Assembly: GCA_013239625.1 (NCBI GenBank)
Contig: MU054662.1
Coordinates: forward strand, 2,487,709-2,551,708
Reading direction: 5' to 3'
Source of the DNA: Lama guanicoe
Lineage: Eukaryota
DNA: 64,000 nt
Under the pieces are notes generated by a model. That model saw nothing but the letters and a program-made list of their open reading frames with translations. It was not told the origin of the DNA and searched no databases. Below, piece by piece: positions 61,471 to 64,000 of the stretch (position 1 is the first letter of the stretch; each line of letters begins with the position of its first letter). The position numbers and the translations under genes are program-made.

Positions 61471-62754
61471 GTCGGGGAACTGGAAGCTTGGATGTCTCAA
61501 AATGCTGTCCTGTACTGAGCAGAAAGAGGGCCAGCAGGAATCAGGCAGACTGGGTTCTGGGCAAGACTGTCACTAGCTGTGTGACTTCTGGTGTGTCATC
61601 ACACCCTCCCAGCCTGTGCTTCATACTGTGGCATTCAGCTGAAGCAGTACCCGCCTCCTGCCAGGCTTGGTAGAACCAGCCATCTTTAGGGCCCCTTCTG
61701 GCTCCACTACAAGGCTTCAGAAGGTCAGGAAAAGGTAAGAAACTGTGTAAGATGCCGCGGGCCTGTGAGATTCATCCAGGTTGCTCAGGGCCCTGGAGGA
61801 AGGCTGGAGTCTGTGCTGCCTGTAATTTGCATTAGTGATTTGTCCTAATGCTCTGGTGGCAGCAGCTGATCAGCTGGGACCCAAAGCCATATCCCCTCAC
61901 AAATCCTCTTCCCTCCTACCAACTCCCCCATCCCCTCCACTCCCATCAACATCTGGGCCCCCGCTGCAACGTGGCCCCCATATCGTCATCACAGATCAGA
62001 GCTTGGTGGGTCCTGAGCCTCCCTAGTCACAGGAGCAGGGCCTTCCTTTCTTGGTCGCAGAGGGAGCTGAAGTGGGTAGCTCTCAAGAGCCAAGGCCTTT
62101 GGCTATAAACAGGCCTCAAAATCGTATTTTGTCTGGGTTGGGGCTAGGCATGGGGAGCACTGTGGCCAAGCCATAAACTCTGTCCTTCCTTGGCTGGCAC
62201 AGCCATGCCTGCCACCCACCAAGCCCCGGACAGGCTGCTCAACAGTGAGCAAATCATCCTTATGGGGGCTGATTAAAGATGGATGTGCAGTCCCTGAGGT
62301 TACTTGAAGATCAGGCTGCTCTCAAATGCATAACCCCAATATTTTCTTCTTAAGCAATTCTTCTGCTCTTTGATGTTCTGCAGCGGCAAACAATCACATT
62401 CGGTTTGGTGCACAAGAGGGGGAGGAAGGAGGGGCGCAGGGAGGGGGCGCAGGGACGGGGAGAGCAAACCCAGCTCTGTCTGCCTGTTCTTTCCGGGCAA
62501 ATTCAGTTTCACCATTTCATCCCTGGCTGGTCAGGAATTCAGCAAGCTGTGGGTTGTTTTCCACAGCGCCAGAATCACGGGTATCCGAGGGAAGTGGTGC
62601 CAGTGGTTGGGTTTTATGGCTTTAAATACAGAACTTTCTGAGAGTTTTGTATTTTTTTTTTAAATTCCGTGACTCATTTGTCAATTTCCCTTTCCCAGGG
62701 TGCCCCAGGGGCTCAGAGGGAGGAACAGGGACAAGCCTCAGCATTATTTGTGTC

Positions 62755-62915
62755 TAAGAGAGGAGAGAAGGATAGAAAAAGAGGAAAGGGGAGGACAGAG
62801 GGACCGAGAAGAAGATGGGGAGGAAAAGGAAGGAACAAACAAGATGGATCGAGGTGGGGAGGAGAAAGGAAGAGCAGAGTTTATGAGAAAAGAGAACAAA
62901 TGAGAAAAAGAGGAA
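62755..62915. repeat. purine-rich low-complexity tract
   Basis: almost exclusively A/G. Confidence 0.7.
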
Positions 62916-63754
62916 TCCATCCTTTATGACATGCAAAAGAGGAGGTGATGATGTAGCAAAGCCATCGTGCTGGTTGGGAAATGTGGCTTTAGCCCAAACT
63001 GGGTTAAAATCATGGAAACTCACCCACCAGGGTGCAAGGGAGACAGAGGATGCCCTAGTCATTGAAACGACTGGTCCAAGGGCTGACCCCATTCTCTAGG
63101 CTCCCGGGACTTCCATCCCTTCATCCCTACCTGTCCCAAAGAGCAGTCAAGCAAACTGTATTCAGACACAGGGGTTTTGATAATTACTCTTCTGCTCACA
63201 CCCAGGGCCTTGACCACCTGCCCTGCTCCCTGAAGCCAGGGGCCTTGCCCCAGCAGGTGAGGAGGGTCAGACACGGGAAGGGTTAATGATGGGGGCACTG
63301 CATTTGAGGAAAAGCTGAGCCCCTCATTGGCATTATGGCTACACTGAATAAAATTACACCCCTATTTCTCCTGGCCAGACATTTGGGGAATTGGTGAGTA
63401 TTTTCAAGCATCCCTTTTTAAGAGCGAAGCAGTAGGTTTCATTATCATATTTTAATTAAAAGGAAAAATCCTATTAAACAATTCCCAATGTATTGGGATT
63501 AGCAAAAACCAGCACCTGAGACCCAGTAACTCAGCATGTATGAACACAGTAACCAGACATATTTTCCTCAGAAATTATCTCTACACCTGCCCCTCCCGTC
63601 CCAGTGAAGTAAATAGCTTCCAGCAGCTCCATCCTGGGCAGGCCCATGCTCCTCTCACTCCTTGAGGGAGGCCATAGGAAGCCATGTCTCCTCCTCCAGA
63701 GCTTCCTACTCAACACACTGCTGGCAAGAAGTCTGCTTTAGAATGGGGTAGTCC

Positions 63755-63950
63755 CGGGCTGAAACCCTCTGGCCCCACCTCCAAGCTGTGTGACCCTAGG
63801 CAACGCCTTGATTTCTCTGAGCTTCAATTTCCTCATTTTTAAAATGTGAACTTGACATCTCCTTTGTAGGGTTGTTGAAAGGATTAGAACTTCTTTATGA
63901 AAAGAAATTGGTACAGTGCCTAAGCAGTCGTCAGGCAACAGGAGCCATTC
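63755..63950 (+). mobile_element. MIR SINE
   Basis: agctgtgtgaccctaggcaa...tttcctcatttttaaaatg...agggttgttgaaaggatta. Confidence 0.85.
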
Positions 63951-64000
63951 TCATTGCCTAGTATCATTTCATTTGCAGACAAGAGCGAGGAACGCCTTCC

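Noticed and set aside
16687-61832. Enrichment of octamer ATTTGCAT sites (about 8 seen)
   Set aside because: Some lie within L1 and the rest are scattered; no formal enrichment test was possible.
1-64000. ORF-track ORFs (e.g. 1367-1888, 36090-36620, 58464-59054) as protein-coding genes
   Set aside because: No recognisable domains. Composition is the P/G/S/R/L-rich pattern of random GC-rich DNA, many overlap repeats or N runs, and there is no consistent exon chain.
1-64000. A novel multi-component biological system
   Set aside because: No genes, arrays, endogenous viral ORFs or recognisable ncRNA hairpins were found. Content is explained by repeats and candidate cis-regulatory DNA.

Overview
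This is mammalian genomic DNA, most likely camelid: it has one Vic-1-type tRNA-derived SINE and artiodactyl-type L1 3' UTRs, and I saw no Alu, BovB/Bov-tA, PRE-1 or Can-SINE. I could not recognise any protein-coding gene, RNA gene or processed pseudogene. The ORF track appears to be chance ORFs plus L1/L2 relics. The window looks intronic or intergenic and is dense in old repeats (MIR, L2, L3/CR1, L1M, hAT/Tigger MITEs), with three younger L1 3' pieces and six 132-164 nt N runs. Several repeat-free blocks carry developmental or neural transcription-factor motifs. The best signals are a near-consensus REST/NRSF RE1 site (29528-29548), a probable L1 3' transduction with a TSD-like pair (52197-52764), a CTCF motif formed inside a MIR (43497-43510) and a 99-nt minus-strand candidate cassette exon (2976-3074). 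I found no evidence of a new multi-gene system. Repeat boundaries are by eye (about +/-30 bp) and family names come from remembered consensus sequences.
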